Shown: positions 35,179 through 45,786 of the stretch, piece after piece
Position numbering within the stretch: position 1 is the first letter of the stretch
Layout of the letters: each line of letters begins with the position of its first letter
Assembly (NCBI RefSeq): GCF_024223415.1
Contig: NZ_CP100503.1
Strand: one strand, 5' to 3'
Source: Escherichia coli
GTDB taxonomy: Bacteria; Pseudomonadota; Gammaproteobacteria; Enterobacterales; Enterobacteriaceae
Length of the DNA stretch: 64,000 nucleotides
Notes under the pieces: model-generated
What the model saw: only the letters and a program-made list of their open reading frames with translations
Told to the model about the DNA's origin: nothing
Databases searched by the model: none
Made by a program: the position numbers and the translations under genes

Positions 35179-38100
35179 TTATGCGTATTGTTGGATGACG
35201 GCCAGAACGTCCGCCACGTTGTGTTTTGTCTCGATAATCCACCAGTTACCCGGGAAATCGCTGTTCTTCGCCTTCGCTGGCAGCCAGCGAGCGCCGAATT
35301 TCGCCTTGATTGCGTCTTTCGCACGGAAAAGAACCCCTTTCATGCCTGAGGCTTCCTGAAGCCCAAATACCTCGCCAGCGGCGAATTTTGGTGCGTACAT
35401 CATCTTCAGGTCGGCGGTGGATACGCGATAATTCAGGCCAAGAGACTGAGCTATGCTGGTGGCATCACCCTGTATTGATGATAACTCTTCTTGTTTCTCG
35501 TTTCTGGCGGCAATCTCTTCCTCCGTGATGTTGCCAAGGGCCAGGTTTATCCGATCAGCGTCGGCCTGTTTCTCTTCATCGGTGCGCCCGGCAAGAACCG
35601 TGTTAATTCTCTGCAATATCTCCACATGATTCTTGCGCATGCTGAGCAATTCCGGCGTAACCTCGTTAAGATCCACCAGCCCAAGGATGGCAAGGTCGGA
35701 AAACATTGATACCAGGTTGTAGGTCATGCGATAGCTGAGTTGACCATAGGCTGATGGCAACTTCACCGCATCCATTTGATAGGCATCCATAAATTTAGAG
35801 CCGTCGTTTACGACATCCGCTATTGCAGGTGTGATTTTCCCTGTGGTGGCGGCCTCCCTGATTGCTGTTACCCACGATTGAGTCAGCGCGGCGACTGCAT
35901 GATTCAGATTGGCTTTCCGTTCTGCTGCGATGCGCGCGCTTGCTGCGTCCATTGCCTGCTTGATCTCGGCTTTATTGCTGTAAATGCCAATGGTGCCAAA
36001 CTGTGCTGTGGTGATCTCATAATCTGACGCCCGGAACTCATTGGTACCGAAAATGGCATTGGTGACTTCAAGTTCAGAATCCCCGTTACGAGTAGCCCCC
36101 TGGCTTGTTTTTTCCGGCATTCTGGCGATCGCATCCGCTATTTTCTCCTGAATTGCTTCAGGGGATAGCGTATCTCCGTATGACGCGATTACATCGCCAT
36201 AATTGGAGCCAAACAATTCAACCAGGAATGTTTCTGCCGAACGGATCTGGCGGTTATTCCCTTCCGACATCATACCAAGCACCCATTTTGCAATTGACGA
36301 CTTCAGCGCGCCGTCACGGCGATCCGGGTAAACCGCATGCTTCAGTGGGTCCGTATAGGTACCAACAAAATCAATGCTATAGCCTGACTCTGTAGTCTGA
36401 ACGCCGTATGAGTCAGTGATTTTGATCATGCCGCGCTGCTGGAAACGGTAGAAATCGTCACAGGAAATGATGTCGTTAATCCCGGCGATGGAGACGCCAC
36501 CACTGATTTTCTGCATAACAGCATCTTCATCGGGAGTTACATCCACCTGTTTATCCAGCGTCTTCACATCCCAGTTACCCGATTTGGTGCCTTTGAAGGT
36601 AAAGATGATCTCCACGTCTGCGCGCTGGCTGTCGAAGTCCAGCGACTTAATGCGAACGATATCACCGGCACAATCGTAGTATTGGCCTACACGCCATGAG
36701 CGATCGCCGATAACAAGGAACTCACTCGCATGGTTAACCAGGTCAGGATCAACATCCAGAATGCCTTTATTTATTGCATCCTCCACCAGCGGGCGCAGGC
36801 GTTTGATATCCGTCGCGGCCTTCTGAGTACGGTTCAATAATTTCTCATAGCGGGAGATGGCTTGAGAGATATTAGCCTTGCGCTGAATGGCGTTTTTCAA
36901 CGACGCGCGATACTGTGCTAACAACATACGGTCTGTGTGATGGACGCTCCCCCAGCGGGCCTTCCAGTCTGCGTTATCAGCTGCTTTGGCCATTACCGCC
37001 TGTTTGAATTTAGCTACCTCGGCGGTGGTCTTTTCAAGTTCCGCTTTGCTTCGCTCTAATTCAGCGGTAAGTACCTCCACATCCTCGCCAGCTGCGTGCT
37101 GCGCCTTGATGTAGTTCTGAAGGTCGATAGTAGCCTGTTCTTTCTGGCGAGCGCGTTGCGCGGCTTTCGCCTTATCCATTTGAACCTGCATCATTGCCAG
37201 ACGTTCGCCATCATCCTTAGCGGTATACATCTGCATTTCGATCATATCGTTGGCGTCGGCGTTCTCCATTTCAGACTTATCTGAGCGGAGGATATCGGAG
37301 ATCCAGCCTGCTTTACGCTTCAGCGTCTTCAGTCGGTATTCATCGAAAGAACCCTTGCCGCAGTAGTAGTGAACGCGAACGCTTGCACGGTTGGAACCAA
37401 CTCGGGCACCGCGACCGTTACGCTGTGCGATACTGGCTGGTGTCCATGGCAACGTCAGATGATGGATGTCAGTCGTTCCTCGATGCAGGTTGATACCCAC
37501 CTCTGCCTTTTTGTTGCAGATGATGATCGGAGTCCGGCCCTCCTGGAAGTCGGCAGCAATCTTTTCCAGCCCACCCAGCGACATTTCATTTTGCTGCGCG
37601 ATATAGGCGTCATACAGAGCCATTTGCTCGTTGTATTTCGCTATCTGTGCATCTGTTGGTTCATCCGGTAGCTCTTTCGGCGGTTTAACCGCTTTCAGTT
37701 TCTTACCGGTTTTACCTGCCTCGGCAACCGTCTGAGCATTCAGGATCCCCACCTTTGAAGGTTCAAGGTTAAGAGCATTGCAGATAATGCGCTTGAGCTT
37801 CTGGTGTTGCGTTTTTTCATCGGTGAAGATGATTTGCTTACCTTCCGGGAAAAACTCCTTCAGCGTGGCGATCAGCTTCGCGTATTTCGGCGTAACGGGG
37901 TGAGTTACGGTCTGTTCGTCAATGCCAAACCTGGCCAGGCGCTTATTCACTTCCTGCTCGAACGCTTCCGGAACCTGCAACTGAATAAACTCGCCCTTAT
38001 CTATCAGGGAGTATTGCGATTGCTGCGTGATCGAATCATCACTGTCGTCGTCTTCGCTGGTGGCTTGTTTAGGCAAACTGTCCGCCAGCTGCTGCACCGC

Positions 38101-40068
38101 ATCGGCGTACTCCGGCAGGAAACGATAGGTGATCCTGCGATAGTACAGGTCCATGTCAGTACATACGCGGTCCATATCCCTGATTATTGAGAAGATCGGA
38201 CGGGCTTTCTCGTGCTCAATCACGCCGTCTTCATTGACCGAGGTCGTTACGCCATTGTTGGCTTTGGCTGCCGCTTCCGCCTGCTGACGCAATTCTTCAT
38301 ACGCCGCCAGTTGTTCTTCCGTAAGTGGTGCATCCTGCTGGTGTTCGTCCAGTTCCGGGATCTCCACGGTATCCTTAACGTCTTCCGCCGTTTTAAGCGT
38401 TGTCCAGCGATGGAATATGCCGCGCAGCGCATCAAGGTTTTCAAAGCCCACCAGCGCCATTTTTTCTTCAACTTCACCGCTAATTTTCTGTACCGTTTCC
38501 AGCCTGGTCTTGCCGAAGAATTTAACGAAGTCATCAGGACCGTAGATCCCCATCTTCTGCCAGTATTCCTTCGGCAGCACATGAGAAAGCATGTTGTATG
38601 CATCGATCGGGGTGTTAACGACTGGCGTTGCAGTCAGGAGAACCGGTCCGCGCCCACCATTCTTTTTCATCAGGTACGCGTTTTTAATTGCCATATCCCG
38701 CGCCGATTGCGCCACCGCGCTGGTGGGCAGATAGGCCAGTTGTGACGCTTCGCGACCATTTTTATAGCTATTGCGGTAGTTGTGACCTTCGTCAGCGATC
38801 ACACTATCGAAGCCCATATCCTCAAAGTACGGATACTTCTCTGCTTTTTCGGTGCCGGTATCTGAATACTCCGACAATACCCGGCGACGCGCGGCCTCTT
38901 TGCGGTGGGAGTCGGAGTCCATTGCGCTGGCTACGCGCCCGGCGGCAACGAAGTCATAAAGCATATCCTGTGCATGCTCATCTACGGTGTCATCACGTAG
39001 CGGAATGCGGGCGTATTGTTCTTTGGTAAACACGACTGCACGGTAATTTGAGTGCGGGATCGCGTTCATCCGCGCCGTGATAGTGGCTTCATCTGCCAGC
39101 TTAAGAGCATCGCGCATAACTGGAGTGCCATCAGTACCAAGAACAGGTTTACCGTTCTCATTGAGCACCGGCACCTGGCGAATCTGATCGCCATCCATCA
39201 GCACATCAAGACCGACGAACAGGTAGTTACTGAATGCCTCTTCACTCAGGAACTCTTTTGCTTCGTAATACCAGTTTTCCAGCACTGATTTAGGCACTAC
39301 ATACGCAGTACGGGTGGAACGACCGTTCTCATAGTTGAACGCCTCAAGCGCCAGCGCGGTCGTGGTTTTACCCAGCCCGGTACCGAAGCCCAGGATGCCG
39401 CGCCCATCTTCGGACAGTCGGCGCACCTCGCTATTCTGGTAATCAAATGGCTGTCGCTTACCGCTTAATCCCTTCAACCCAAGCGGATCGCCAGAGTGTT
39501 CATACGGGATATTGCTATTGAACACATCGTTGTATTTGGCAACCAGCTCATCGTAGCGATCGTGCGTCTTGATCCACTTATTGAACTGGTCCTCAAGCAG
39601 TGCCATCTGCTCGCGGTAGCCGTTCGCCGTCGCGCTATCTTTGCCACCGATACGCGCACCATTGAGATACTTTTCCAGCTGTGCCGGGAACCCGGTCGCG
39701 TTTTCACCTGATTTACGGTCCCACTCGTAGCGGATCTCGCCTGTTTCTTTATCCTTGCGCTGGACGACACCGTATCGGTGCCCGACGAACAGACCATCAC
39801 CACCGTGATAGGTGTCAGAAACCATTTCGTCGCCTTCCAGCTGCACTGACTGCACATAGCGAAGATCCGGATAGCCGTTTTCCTGCAAAAATTCCAGAAT
39901 GACGGAACGGTCGAACCAACGGCTATTGAGCTTAAAGCGGATATTCTCTGCTGGCGTCTTGATGCGCTTCTCTTCGATCGCTGCCAGCTGATTAAGGACG
40001 TTGTTCTTTACCCAGTGCGCCGTAAAGCCCCGTCCTTCAGGTCGGGGATATAAGGCGCGGTTTTCCAC
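35179..40068 (-). CDS. DarB-like SF2 helicase-domain protein, 5'-truncated by IS-B (1629 aa; first 19 codons IS-derived)
   Basis: Walker A GFGTGLGKTT and DExH VIADEGHNY; the ORF start lies inside the IS left end (40012-40068), and no methyltransferase-like N-terminal domain (expected from P1 DarB as I recall) is present. Confidence 0.55.
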   Translation of the reverse strand: MENRALYPRPEGRGFTAHWVKNNVLNQLAAIEEKRIKTPAENIRFKLNSRWFDRSVILEFLQENGYPDLRYVQSVQLEGDEMVSDTYHGGDGLFVGHRYGVVQRKDKETGEIRYEWDRKSGENATGFPAQLEKYLNGARIGGKDSATANGYREQMALLEDQFNKWIKTHDRYDELVAKYNDVFNSNIPYEHSGDPLGLKGLSGKRQPFDYQNSEVRRLSEDGRGILGFGTGLGKTTTALALEAFNYENGRSTRTAYVVPKSVLENWYYEAKEFLSEEAFSNYLFVGLDVLMDGDQIRQVPVLNENGKPVLGTDGTPVMRDALKLADEATITARMNAIPHSNYRAVVFTKEQYARIPLRDDTVDEHAQDMLYDFVAAGRVASAMDSDSHRKEAARRRVLSEYSDTGTEKAEKYPYFEDMGFDSVIADEGHNYRNSYKNGREASQLAYLPTSAVAQSARDMAIKNAYLMKKNGGRGPVLLTATPVVNTPIDAYNMLSHVLPKEYWQKMGIYGPDDFVKFFGKTRLETVQKISGEVEEKMALVGFENLDALRGIFHRWTTLKTAEDVKDTVEIPELDEHQQDAPLTEEQLAAYEELRQQAEAAAKANNGVTTSVNEDGVIEHEKARPIFSIIRDMDRVCTDMDLYYRRITYRFLPEYADAVQQLADSLPKQATSEDDDSDDSITQQSQYSLIDKGEFIQLQVPEAFEQEVNKRLARFGIDEQTVTHPVTPKYAKLIATLKEFFPEGKQIIFTDEKTQHQKLKRIICNALNLEPSKVGILNAQTVAEAGKTGKKLKAVKPPKELPDEPTDAQIAKYNEQMALYDAYIAQQNEMSLGGLEKIAADFQEGRTPIIICNKKAEVGINLHRGTTDIHHLTLPWTPASIAQRNGRGARVGSNRASVRVHYYCGKGSFDEYRLKTLKRKAGWISDILRSDKSEMENADANDMIEMQMYTAKDDGERLAMMQVQMDKAKAAQRARQKEQATIDLQNYIKAQHAAGEDVEVLTAELERSKAELEKTTAEVAKFKQAVMAKAADNADWKARWGSVHHTDRMLLAQYRASLKNAIQRKANISQAISRYEKLLNRTQKAATDIKRLRPLVEDAINKGILDVDPDLVNHASEFLVIGDRSWRVGQYYDCAGDIVRIKSLDFDSQRADVEIIFTFKGTKSGNWDVKTLDKQVDVTPDEDAVMQKISGGVSIAGINDIISCDDFYRFQQRGMIKITDSYGVQTTESGYSIDFVGTYTDPLKHAVYPDRRDGALKSSIAKWVLGMMSEGNNRQIRSAETFLVELFGSNYGDVIASYGDTLSPEAIQEKIADAIARMPEKTSQGATRNGDSELEVTNAIFGTNEFRASDYEITTAQFGTIGIYSNKAEIKQAMDAASARIAAERKANLNHAVAALTQSWVTAIREAATTGKITPAIADVVNDGSKFMDAYQMDAVKLPSAYGQLSYRMTYNLVSMFSDLAILGLVDLNEVTPELLSMRKNHVEILQRINTVLAGRTDEEKQADADRINLALGNITEEEIAARNEKQEELSSIQGDATSIAQSLGLNYRVSTADLKMMYAPKFAAGEVFGLQEASGMKGVLFRAKDAIKAKFGARWLPAKAKNSDFPGNWWIIETKHNVADVLAVIQQYA

Positions 40069-40605
40069 CTAACCAGGTGTTTGCTGTTGTTCAATGTATT
40101 GGCGGATGATGGATATTGGTGCGCCACCGCAGCTACTGGCAAAATAGCTGGGACTCCATAAAACGCCTTTGTAGTAATATCGGGCTGCAATATCTGGTCG
40201 ATCTCGTCGCAATAATCTACTCGATACGCCCTTGAGACTGTTCACCAGGCTGGATATCGCCAATTTGGGGGGATAGTTAATTAGCAGGTGAACGTGATCT
40301 CGTTCTCCATCCATTTCAACCAGTTCAGCTTCAAAATCAGCACATACACTTGAAAAGTAAGTGCGTAGTTTTTCTATTGCGTCATGGTCAAAAATCTGAC
40401 GTCGGTATTTTGCGACAAAGACCAGGTGAACGTGCATCAGGAAGACGCAGTGTCTTCCACGTCGGATATCAGTTTCTTTTTTTATGGACCAAAGTATAAT
40501 TTGGCTTATGAAACGACTACAAGCTTTCAAATTCCAGTTAAGACCAAATGGACAGCAGGAGCGTGAAATGAGGCGCTTCGCGGGCGCATGTCGTTTCGTT
40601 TTCAA
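40069..40605 (-). CDS. tnpA: TnpA Y1 (HUH) transposase of IS-B (N-terminus of track ORF probably over-extended)
   Basis: HVHLVF motif; homologous to IS-A TnpA. Confidence 0.75.
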   Translation of the reverse strand: MKTKRHAPAKRLISRSCCPFGLNWNLKACSRFISQIILWSIKKETDIRRGRHCVFLMHVHLVFVAKYRRQIFDHDAIEKLRTYFSSVCADFEAELVEMDGERDHVHLLINYPPKLAISSLVNSLKGVSSRLLRRDRPDIAARYYYKGVLWSPSYFASSCGGAPISIIRQYIEQQQTPG

Positions 40606-41716
40606 TCGTGCTCTGGCGCTTCAGAATGAGAATCATGAGGCCGGGAACAAATATATTTCTTATGCAAAGATGACTTCCTGGCTGGTTGAATGGAAAAATG
40701 CTACTGAAACGCAATGGCTTAAAGATTCTCCCTCACAGCCATTGCAGCAGTCACTGAAAGACCTTGAGCGAGCCTACAAAAATTTCTTTCAGAAGCGTGC
40801 CTCTTTTCCCCGCTTCAAAAAGCGGGGACAGAATGATGCATTCCGCTATCCGCAGGGCGTTAAGCTCGACCAAGGGAACGGTCGTATTTTTCTGCCAAAA
40901 CTTGGCTGGATGCACTACCGGAACAGCCGTCAGGTCTCGGGGATTGTGAAAAACGTCACTGTCAGCCAGTCCTGCGGTAAGTGGTACATCAGTATTCAGA
41001 CAGAAAGTGAAGTATCAACTCCGGTTCACCCTTCAGCATCAATAGTCGGTCTGGATGCAGGCGTGGCTAAACTCGCCACGCTGTCAGATGGCACAGTCTT
41101 TGAGCCTGTAAACAGTTTTCAGAAAAACCAGAAGACGCTGGCGAGACTTCAGCGACAGTTAAGCCGCAAGGTCAAATTCAGCAACAACTGGCAGAAGCAG
41201 AAATGCAAAATACAGCGACTGCATTCCCGTATCGCAAATATCCGCAGGGACTACCTTCACAAAGTCACAACGACCGTCAGCAAAAACCACGCCATGATAG
41301 TCATTGAGGATTTGAAGGTCAGTAACATGTCAAAGTCAGCAGCGGGTACGGTCAGCCAGCCGGGGCGCAATGTCCGGGCAAAATCAGGTTTAAACCGTTC
41401 GATACTGGATCAGGGCTGGTATGAAATGCGCCGTCAGCTTGAGTACAAGCAGCTCTGGCGAGGCGGTCAGGTGCTTGCGGTTCCGCCAGCGTACACAAGC
41501 CAGCGTTGCGCGTGCTGTGGTCATACAGCGAAAGAAAACCGCCTGTCACAAAGTCAATTCAGATGCCAGGTATGTGGATATACAGCGAACGCCGATGTAA
41601 ACGGCGCTCGTAACATTTTAGCGGCGGGGCACGCCGTTCTTGCCTGTGGAGGGATGGTGCAGTCAGGCCGCCCGTTGAAGCAGGAACCCACCGAAATGAT
41701 TCAGGCGACAGCCTGA
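40484..41716 (+). CDS. tnpB: TnpB of IS-B (410 aa)
   Basis: RuvC-like motifs and zinc finger. Confidence 0.85.
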   Translation: MDQSIIWLMKRLQAFKFQLRPNGQQEREMRRFAGACRFVFNRALALQNENHEAGNKYISYAKMTSWLVEWKNATETQWLKDSPSQPLQQSLKDLERAYKNFFQKRASFPRFKKRGQNDAFRYPQGVKLDQGNGRIFLPKLGWMHYRNSRQVSGIVKNVTVSQSCGKWYISIQTESEVSTPVHPSASIVGLDAGVAKLATLSDGTVFEPVNSFQKNQKTLARLQRQLSRKVKFSNNWQKQKCKIQRLHSRIANIRRDYLHKVTTTVSKNHAMIVIEDLKVSNMSKSAAGTVSQPGRNVRAKSGLNRSILDQGWYEMRRQLEYKQLWRGGQVLAVPPAYTSQRCACCGHTAKENRLSQSQFRCQVCGYTANADVNGARNILAAGHAVLACGGMVQSGRPLKQEPTEMIQATA

Positions 41717-41752
41717 ACGTAGCAGGAATCCACGTCCTTCAGGGCGTGGAGG

Positions 41753-42835
41753 ATGTCAATGGAGCCTCCCCTTCTCTGCCGACGTTCAGGGGGGTTTATG
41801 AAAACACCTCTCGTCACCCGTAATGACATAGCCGAAGCGATCGCCCTGCATACTGCCTGTATGCCGACACGGGAGATCCCCGGCGCAATTGCCAACTATT
41901 TCATGATAACCAGACGTTTTTATACCCGAACAGATAAGGCTGTGATCAACAAGCTACTGATAGCCGAGATCAGGGATTATTTGATTGAACAAGGACGTCT
42001 ACGTTACGCAACAGTGGCAGCAGAAATGAGAAAGGAGGCACATAGAATGACCGGTAATAATTTAAATGTTGAAAAACCAGCACCTGTTGCTTCAGCTACG
42101 CCAGCACCAGCCGTGAATATCATCCCCAACACCGGAGACACAATCGACAGCCTGACACTGTTAAAGATGGTCAATGAAGCGCGTAAGTTATGTGGGGAAC
42201 CAGAGGTTCGGAACAACAAATTCATCGAAAAAATACTCGATGAGCTTGATGGTGAGCACTACACAAAAAGTGTAGTGGAAAAAATGAACAAAACATCAAT
42301 GCTTGTCATAACCATGACTTTCAAACAAGCCCTGCGAGTCGCCGCGCGCGAGTCAAAAGCGGTCCGCCGTTCGCTGATCGACAAACTGGAAGAATTACAG
42401 CAGGCAAACTCACCTACCCCATCGATCCCCCAGACATTACCAGAAGCCCTACGCCTGGCTGCCGAGTTGGCAGAACAGAAAATGCAGCTGGAACAACAGC
42501 TGGTGGCCGCAGCCCCTAAAGTCGATTTTGCCGACCGGGTATCAGTGGCCAATGGAATCCTGATCGGGAACTTTGCAAAGGTCGTTGGACTTAAGCAAAA
42601 CGCCCTTTTCTCATGGTTGCGCCAGAACGGCATTCTCATGGCTTTTGGTGCGCGCAAAAACGTACCGCGCCAACAGTACATCAACGCCGGGTATTTCACG
42701 GTGAAAGAAGTGGTGCTGGATGATGAAAATGGCTACCAGATACGGCTGACGCCCCAATTAACGGGTAAAGGCCAGCAGTGGTTAACTCGCAAGCTACTTG
42801 ATGCTGGTTTGTTAAAACCAGTAGCAATAGGTTAA
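41753..42835 (+). CDS. ant: Antirepressor Ant-like protein, paralog iv (likely start MKTPLVTRN near 41798); upstream icd reduced to its last 14 codons by IS-B
   Basis: Rha-like central domain similar to paralog ii; the sequence right after the IS end is homologous to the icd 3' end. Confidence 0.6.
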   Translation: MSMEPPLLCRRSGGFMKTPLVTRNDIAEAIALHTACMPTREIPGAIANYFMITRRFYTRTDKAVINKLLIAEIRDYLIEQGRLRYATVAAEMRKEAHRMTGNNLNVEKPAPVASATPAPAVNIIPNTGDTIDSLTLLKMVNEARKLCGEPEVRNNKFIEKILDELDGEHYTKSVVEKMNKTSMLVITMTFKQALRVAARESKAVRRSLIDKLEELQQANSPTPSIPQTLPEALRLAAELAEQKMQLEQQLVAAAPKVDFADRVSVANGILIGNFAKVVGLKQNALFSWLRQNGILMAFGARKNVPRQQYINAGYFTVKEVVLDDENGYQIRLTPQLTGKGQQWLTRKLLDAGLLKPVAIG

Positions 42836-42841
42836 CAAAAG

Positions 42842-42873
42842 AAAAAAACCTGCCAGCAAACTGGCAGGTTTCT
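42842..42873 (+). terminator. Hairpin ACCTGCCAG-CAAA-CTGGCAGGT with flanking A/T runs
   Basis: 9-bp perfect stem after ant paralog iv. Confidence 0.5.
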
Positions 42874-42913
42874 GAGCAGATCGTCCAACCCGATCTGGAT
42901 CGAGCCAGAAAAA

Positions 42914-42930
42914 TTTGCTCTAATAAATTT
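42914..42930 (+). promoter_or_regulatory. C1-operator-like motif TTTGCTCTAATAAATTT upstream of kilA-repL
   Basis: 16/17 consensus match about 70 bp upstream of kilA. Confidence 0.55.
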
Positions 42931-42999
42931 CGTTTTCTAAGTGCAAAGAATCACCATTTCGAGCTGGTGATTGAAGGTTGATGCAAATTTGGAGAAAAA

Positions 43000-43800
43000 A
43001 TGCAACAAACATTCAATGCGGATATGAATATATCAAACCTTCATCAAAATGTCGATCCTTCAACCACTCTGCCTGTTATTTGTGGTGTTGAAATTACGAC
43101 CGACCGCGCTGGCCGTTACAACCTTAATGCTCTACACAGAGCGAGCGGACTCGGTGCCCATAAAGCGCCAGCTCAATGGCTAAGAACGCTGTCAGCCAAA
43201 CAGCTCATCGAAGAGCTGGAAAAAGAAACTATGCAGAATTGCATAGTTTCGTTCGAAGGCCGTGGCGGCGGCACTTTTGCCCATGAATTGCTCGCTGTGG
43301 AGTACGCAGGCTGGATTTCTCCCGCGTTTCGGCTGAAGGTAAACCAGACATTTATCGACTATCGAACCGGAAGATTACAACCTGCTATTCCGCAGAGTCT
43401 CCCTGAAGCTCTCCGTTTGGCTGCCGACCTGGCAGAGCAAAAGCAACGGCTGGAGCAAAAAATGCTTATGGATGCACCTAAAGTCGAATTCGCTGAACGC
43501 GTTGCTACCGCCAGCGGGGTTCTAATCGGCAACTATGCCAAAGTGCTCGGCCTGGGCCAAAACTATCTCTTCACCTGGTTGCGTGATAACGGAATTCTGA
43601 TCGCAACCGGTGAACGCAGGAACGTCCCCAAACAAGAATACATATCTCGTGGGTATTTCACCCTTAAAGAAACCGTGATCGATACAAGCAATGGAAGCAG
43701 GATTTCTTTCACGACTCGTATAACCGGCAAAGGTCAGCAGTGGCTGATGAAGCGATTGCTTGATGCTGGTGTGCTGGTACCTGTCGCGGCAACGCGCTAA
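43000..43800 (+). CDS. kilA: KilA (KilA-N domain plus Ant-type C-terminal domain, 266 aa)
   Basis: Length and position (upstream of repL) as in P1; C-terminal domain homologous to the ant paralogs. Confidence 0.75.
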   Translation: MQQTFNADMNISNLHQNVDPSTTLPVICGVEITTDRAGRYNLNALHRASGLGAHKAPAQWLRTLSAKQLIEELEKETMQNCIVSFEGRGGGTFAHELLAVEYAGWISPAFRLKVNQTFIDYRTGRLQPAIPQSLPEALRLAADLAEQKQRLEQKMLMDAPKVEFAERVATASGVLIGNYAKVLGLGQNYLFTWLRDNGILIATGERRNVPKQEYISRGYFTLKETVIDTSNGSRISFTTRITGKGQQWLMKRLLDAGVLVPVAATR

Positions 43801-43829
43801 CAGACGTAGTAAGAACCACCAGCATTGTA

Positions 43830-44675
43830 ATGCTGGCTAAAGTCACTTTCCTGAGCTGTATAACGATGAGCGATTTTACTTTTTCTGGCTATGAATTGGC
43901 CTGCTTTGTAACACACTCCGGTCTATCCCGTAGCGCCGGGCATATCCTGTCGCAATGTGCAAATCTCGCGGCAACAACCAGTGAATACTTCATTCACAAG
44001 CCTCACCGCCTGATCGCGGCAGAAACTGGTTATAGCCAATCAACCGTCGTTCGTGCATTCCGTGAAGCTGTAAACAAAGGAATTCTGTCTGTAGAGATTG
44101 TTATCGGCGATCACCGTGAACGTCGCGCTAACCTGTACCGGTTTACACCATCCTTTTTGGCCTTCGCACAACAAGCCAAAAATGCGCTGATTGAAAGCAA
44201 ATTAAAGATCTCTTCAGCGGCAACCAAGGTTAAAGCTGTTCTCGCTAAGACATTGGCTTTATTTAATTTTTTATCCACACCCCCATGTCAAAATGATACC
44301 CCCTCCCCCTGTCAGGATGACGTGGCAATAAAGAATAAGAAGTCAGAAATTAAAAAAACAAAAAGATCAGTTTCCGGCGGTGCCGGAACGACCAGCCTCA
44401 AAAAACTGACTTCATGGATCGCCGAGGCAAAAGCAAAGGCTGACAATCTGCGGTTATCCAAAAAACGCGCTCAAAAACATGAGTTCAAGCAGAAAGTAGA
44501 GGCGGCAGCGCGGAAATATGCTTACCTGAAGGACAAGCGTTCTCCTGATATTGGCGGGATATCAAACTTCGATAATCTGCCGCATTGCATGACAGTAAAC
44601 GAAGCTCTTAATGCGGTATTAGCCAAAAATAAAGATAACGAACAATGGGGTATACCGGCAGGATTCAGAGGGTGA
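43830..44675 (+). CDS. repL: Lytic replication initiator RepL (281 aa)
   Basis: Length and kilA-repL order as in P1. Confidence 0.7.
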   Translation: MLAKVTFLSCITMSDFTFSGYELACFVTHSGLSRSAGHILSQCANLAATTSEYFIHKPHRLIAAETGYSQSTVVRAFREAVNKGILSVEIVIGDHRERRANLYRFTPSFLAFAQQAKNALIESKLKISSAATKVKAVLAKTLALFNFLSTPPCQNDTPSPCQDDVAIKNKKSEIKKTKRSVSGGAGTTSLKKLTSWIAEAKAKADNLRLSKKRAQKHEFKQKVEAAARKYAYLKDKRSPDIGGISNFDNLPHCMTVNEALNAVLAKNKDNEQWGIPAGFRG

Positions 44676-44971
44676 TAGATTGCTCTAATCTGGAGTCACC
44701 TGGCGTTTTCAGTTTGAGGTCGGAGATGCAATCTGATTTTTTACAGTTAGCGATCGCTTTTGCAGGATATGTTTGTATTGGCTTCTGTGTATACATGATC
44801 AGCCGAAGAATGCTTGTCGATATCGACCGCAAAGAACGAACAGAGGAGATCTTAGTATGGATTTTCTTTGGCGCGGTCTGGCCATTAGGGATCATGTTTG
44901 CTGCAACATTTCTTCTGATGTGGATATTCACCCTTCCTGGTGATTTCTATAGAAAAAAAGCCAGACATTGA
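44645..44971 (+). CDS. Small membrane protein (108 aa, two predicted TM helices)
   Basis: Hydrophobic segments; follows repL; operator-like ATTGCTCTAATCTGGAG at about 44679. Confidence 0.4.
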   Translation: MGYTGRIQRVIDCSNLESPGVFSLRSEMQSDFLQLAIAFAGYVCIGFCVYMISRRMLVDIDRKERTEEILVWIFFGAVWPLGIMFAATFLLMWIFTLPGDFYRKKARH

Positions 44972-45153
44972 TACAATCGTTACGGGTGCTTGAGGCTATC
45001 TGCTTCAGGCATTACCCGAAAAGCAGATAGAAGAAAGCCCCAGATAACATTACGCGTCCTGCAAGACGCTTAACATTAATCTGAGGCCATCTCTATGCTT
45101 AGCATACGTAGATTAACCCTCTCCCCTTTTAAGGAGCAAGGAATTTTTTACTG

Positions 45154-45786
45154 CTATGCCGCATTTCCAATTATGGATTCAGCGACCAGAACAACCCCAT
45201 GCTTACTTCGATCTGGGTGTTCACTCCATATCTCGGATTCAGGAATACTTACCCCGTCATAGCAAACACGTTCGCCGTCAAACGGGTAATACTGAGCGGC
45301 ATCGGTGTCAAGGATAAACACTTTTAGCTCGGAAGAGCGACGGGCGATGTGTTGCCAAAGAGCTTTTCCACCTTCGTATTGCTCATTATCACTGAGCAAA
45401 ACAACACCAGCTTTTGAGGCTACGGTTTCGTAAACAAAAGTAGCTAAACCGACATCCCGGACGGTTCCATCAACCACGATACCTTCAATCTGGGCAACAT
45501 CGCTATCCTCCCAGAACTTCCTTACCAGTACGCCTTCAAGCTGCGGGCGACGTTGAAGTTCAAGAGTAGCGACAACCTTATGGCGCATATCACCATCGAT
45601 AATAGAAGGCGCAGCCTCTATTACAGCTGCAAATGGGGTTTTGGAATCCCATATAACCTGGTAAAGCACACCCTGGATGGTAACTCCGTCCAGGATCGAA
45701 AATCGACGAGCGACAGTACCCGGGGAGTACGACATTGGAATCACAGCCATTTTAGAGTCCCCCTTTAACAGTACAGGCACAAACAT
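45154..45786 (-). CDS. Hypothetical protein (210 aa; start probably internal Met)
   Basis: ORF; no motif recognised. Confidence 0.4.
   Translation of the reverse strand: MFVPVLLKGDSKMAVIPMSYSPGTVARRFSILDGVTIQGVLYQVIWDSKTPFAAVIEAAPSIIDGDMRHKVVATLELQRRPQLEGVLVRKFWEDSDVAQIEGIVVDGTVRDVGLATFVYETVASKAGVVLLSDNEQYEGGKALWQHIARRSSELKVFILDTDAAQYYPFDGERVCYDGVSIPESEIWSEHPDRSKHGVVLVAESIIGNAA

Larger units (their letters stand above)
40012..41759 (+). mobile_element. IS200/IS605-family element IS-B, copy 1
   Basis: Preceded by TTTAC; ends ...GGAGGATGTCAA; identical copy at 62292 onward. Confidence 0.75.

Noticed and set aside
35179-40068. Many 60-130-aa ORFs antisense within the darB-like gene (and likewise within hsdR, hsdM, dmt, head/sheath genes)
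   Set aside because: Embedded in long, well-supported ORFs on the opposite strand; no independent signals.
40008-40190. 60-aa ORFs inside the IS-B left ends (also 62288..62470)
   Set aside because: Lie within the non-coding left end and overlap the tnpA 3' region antisense; repeated only because the IS is repeated.
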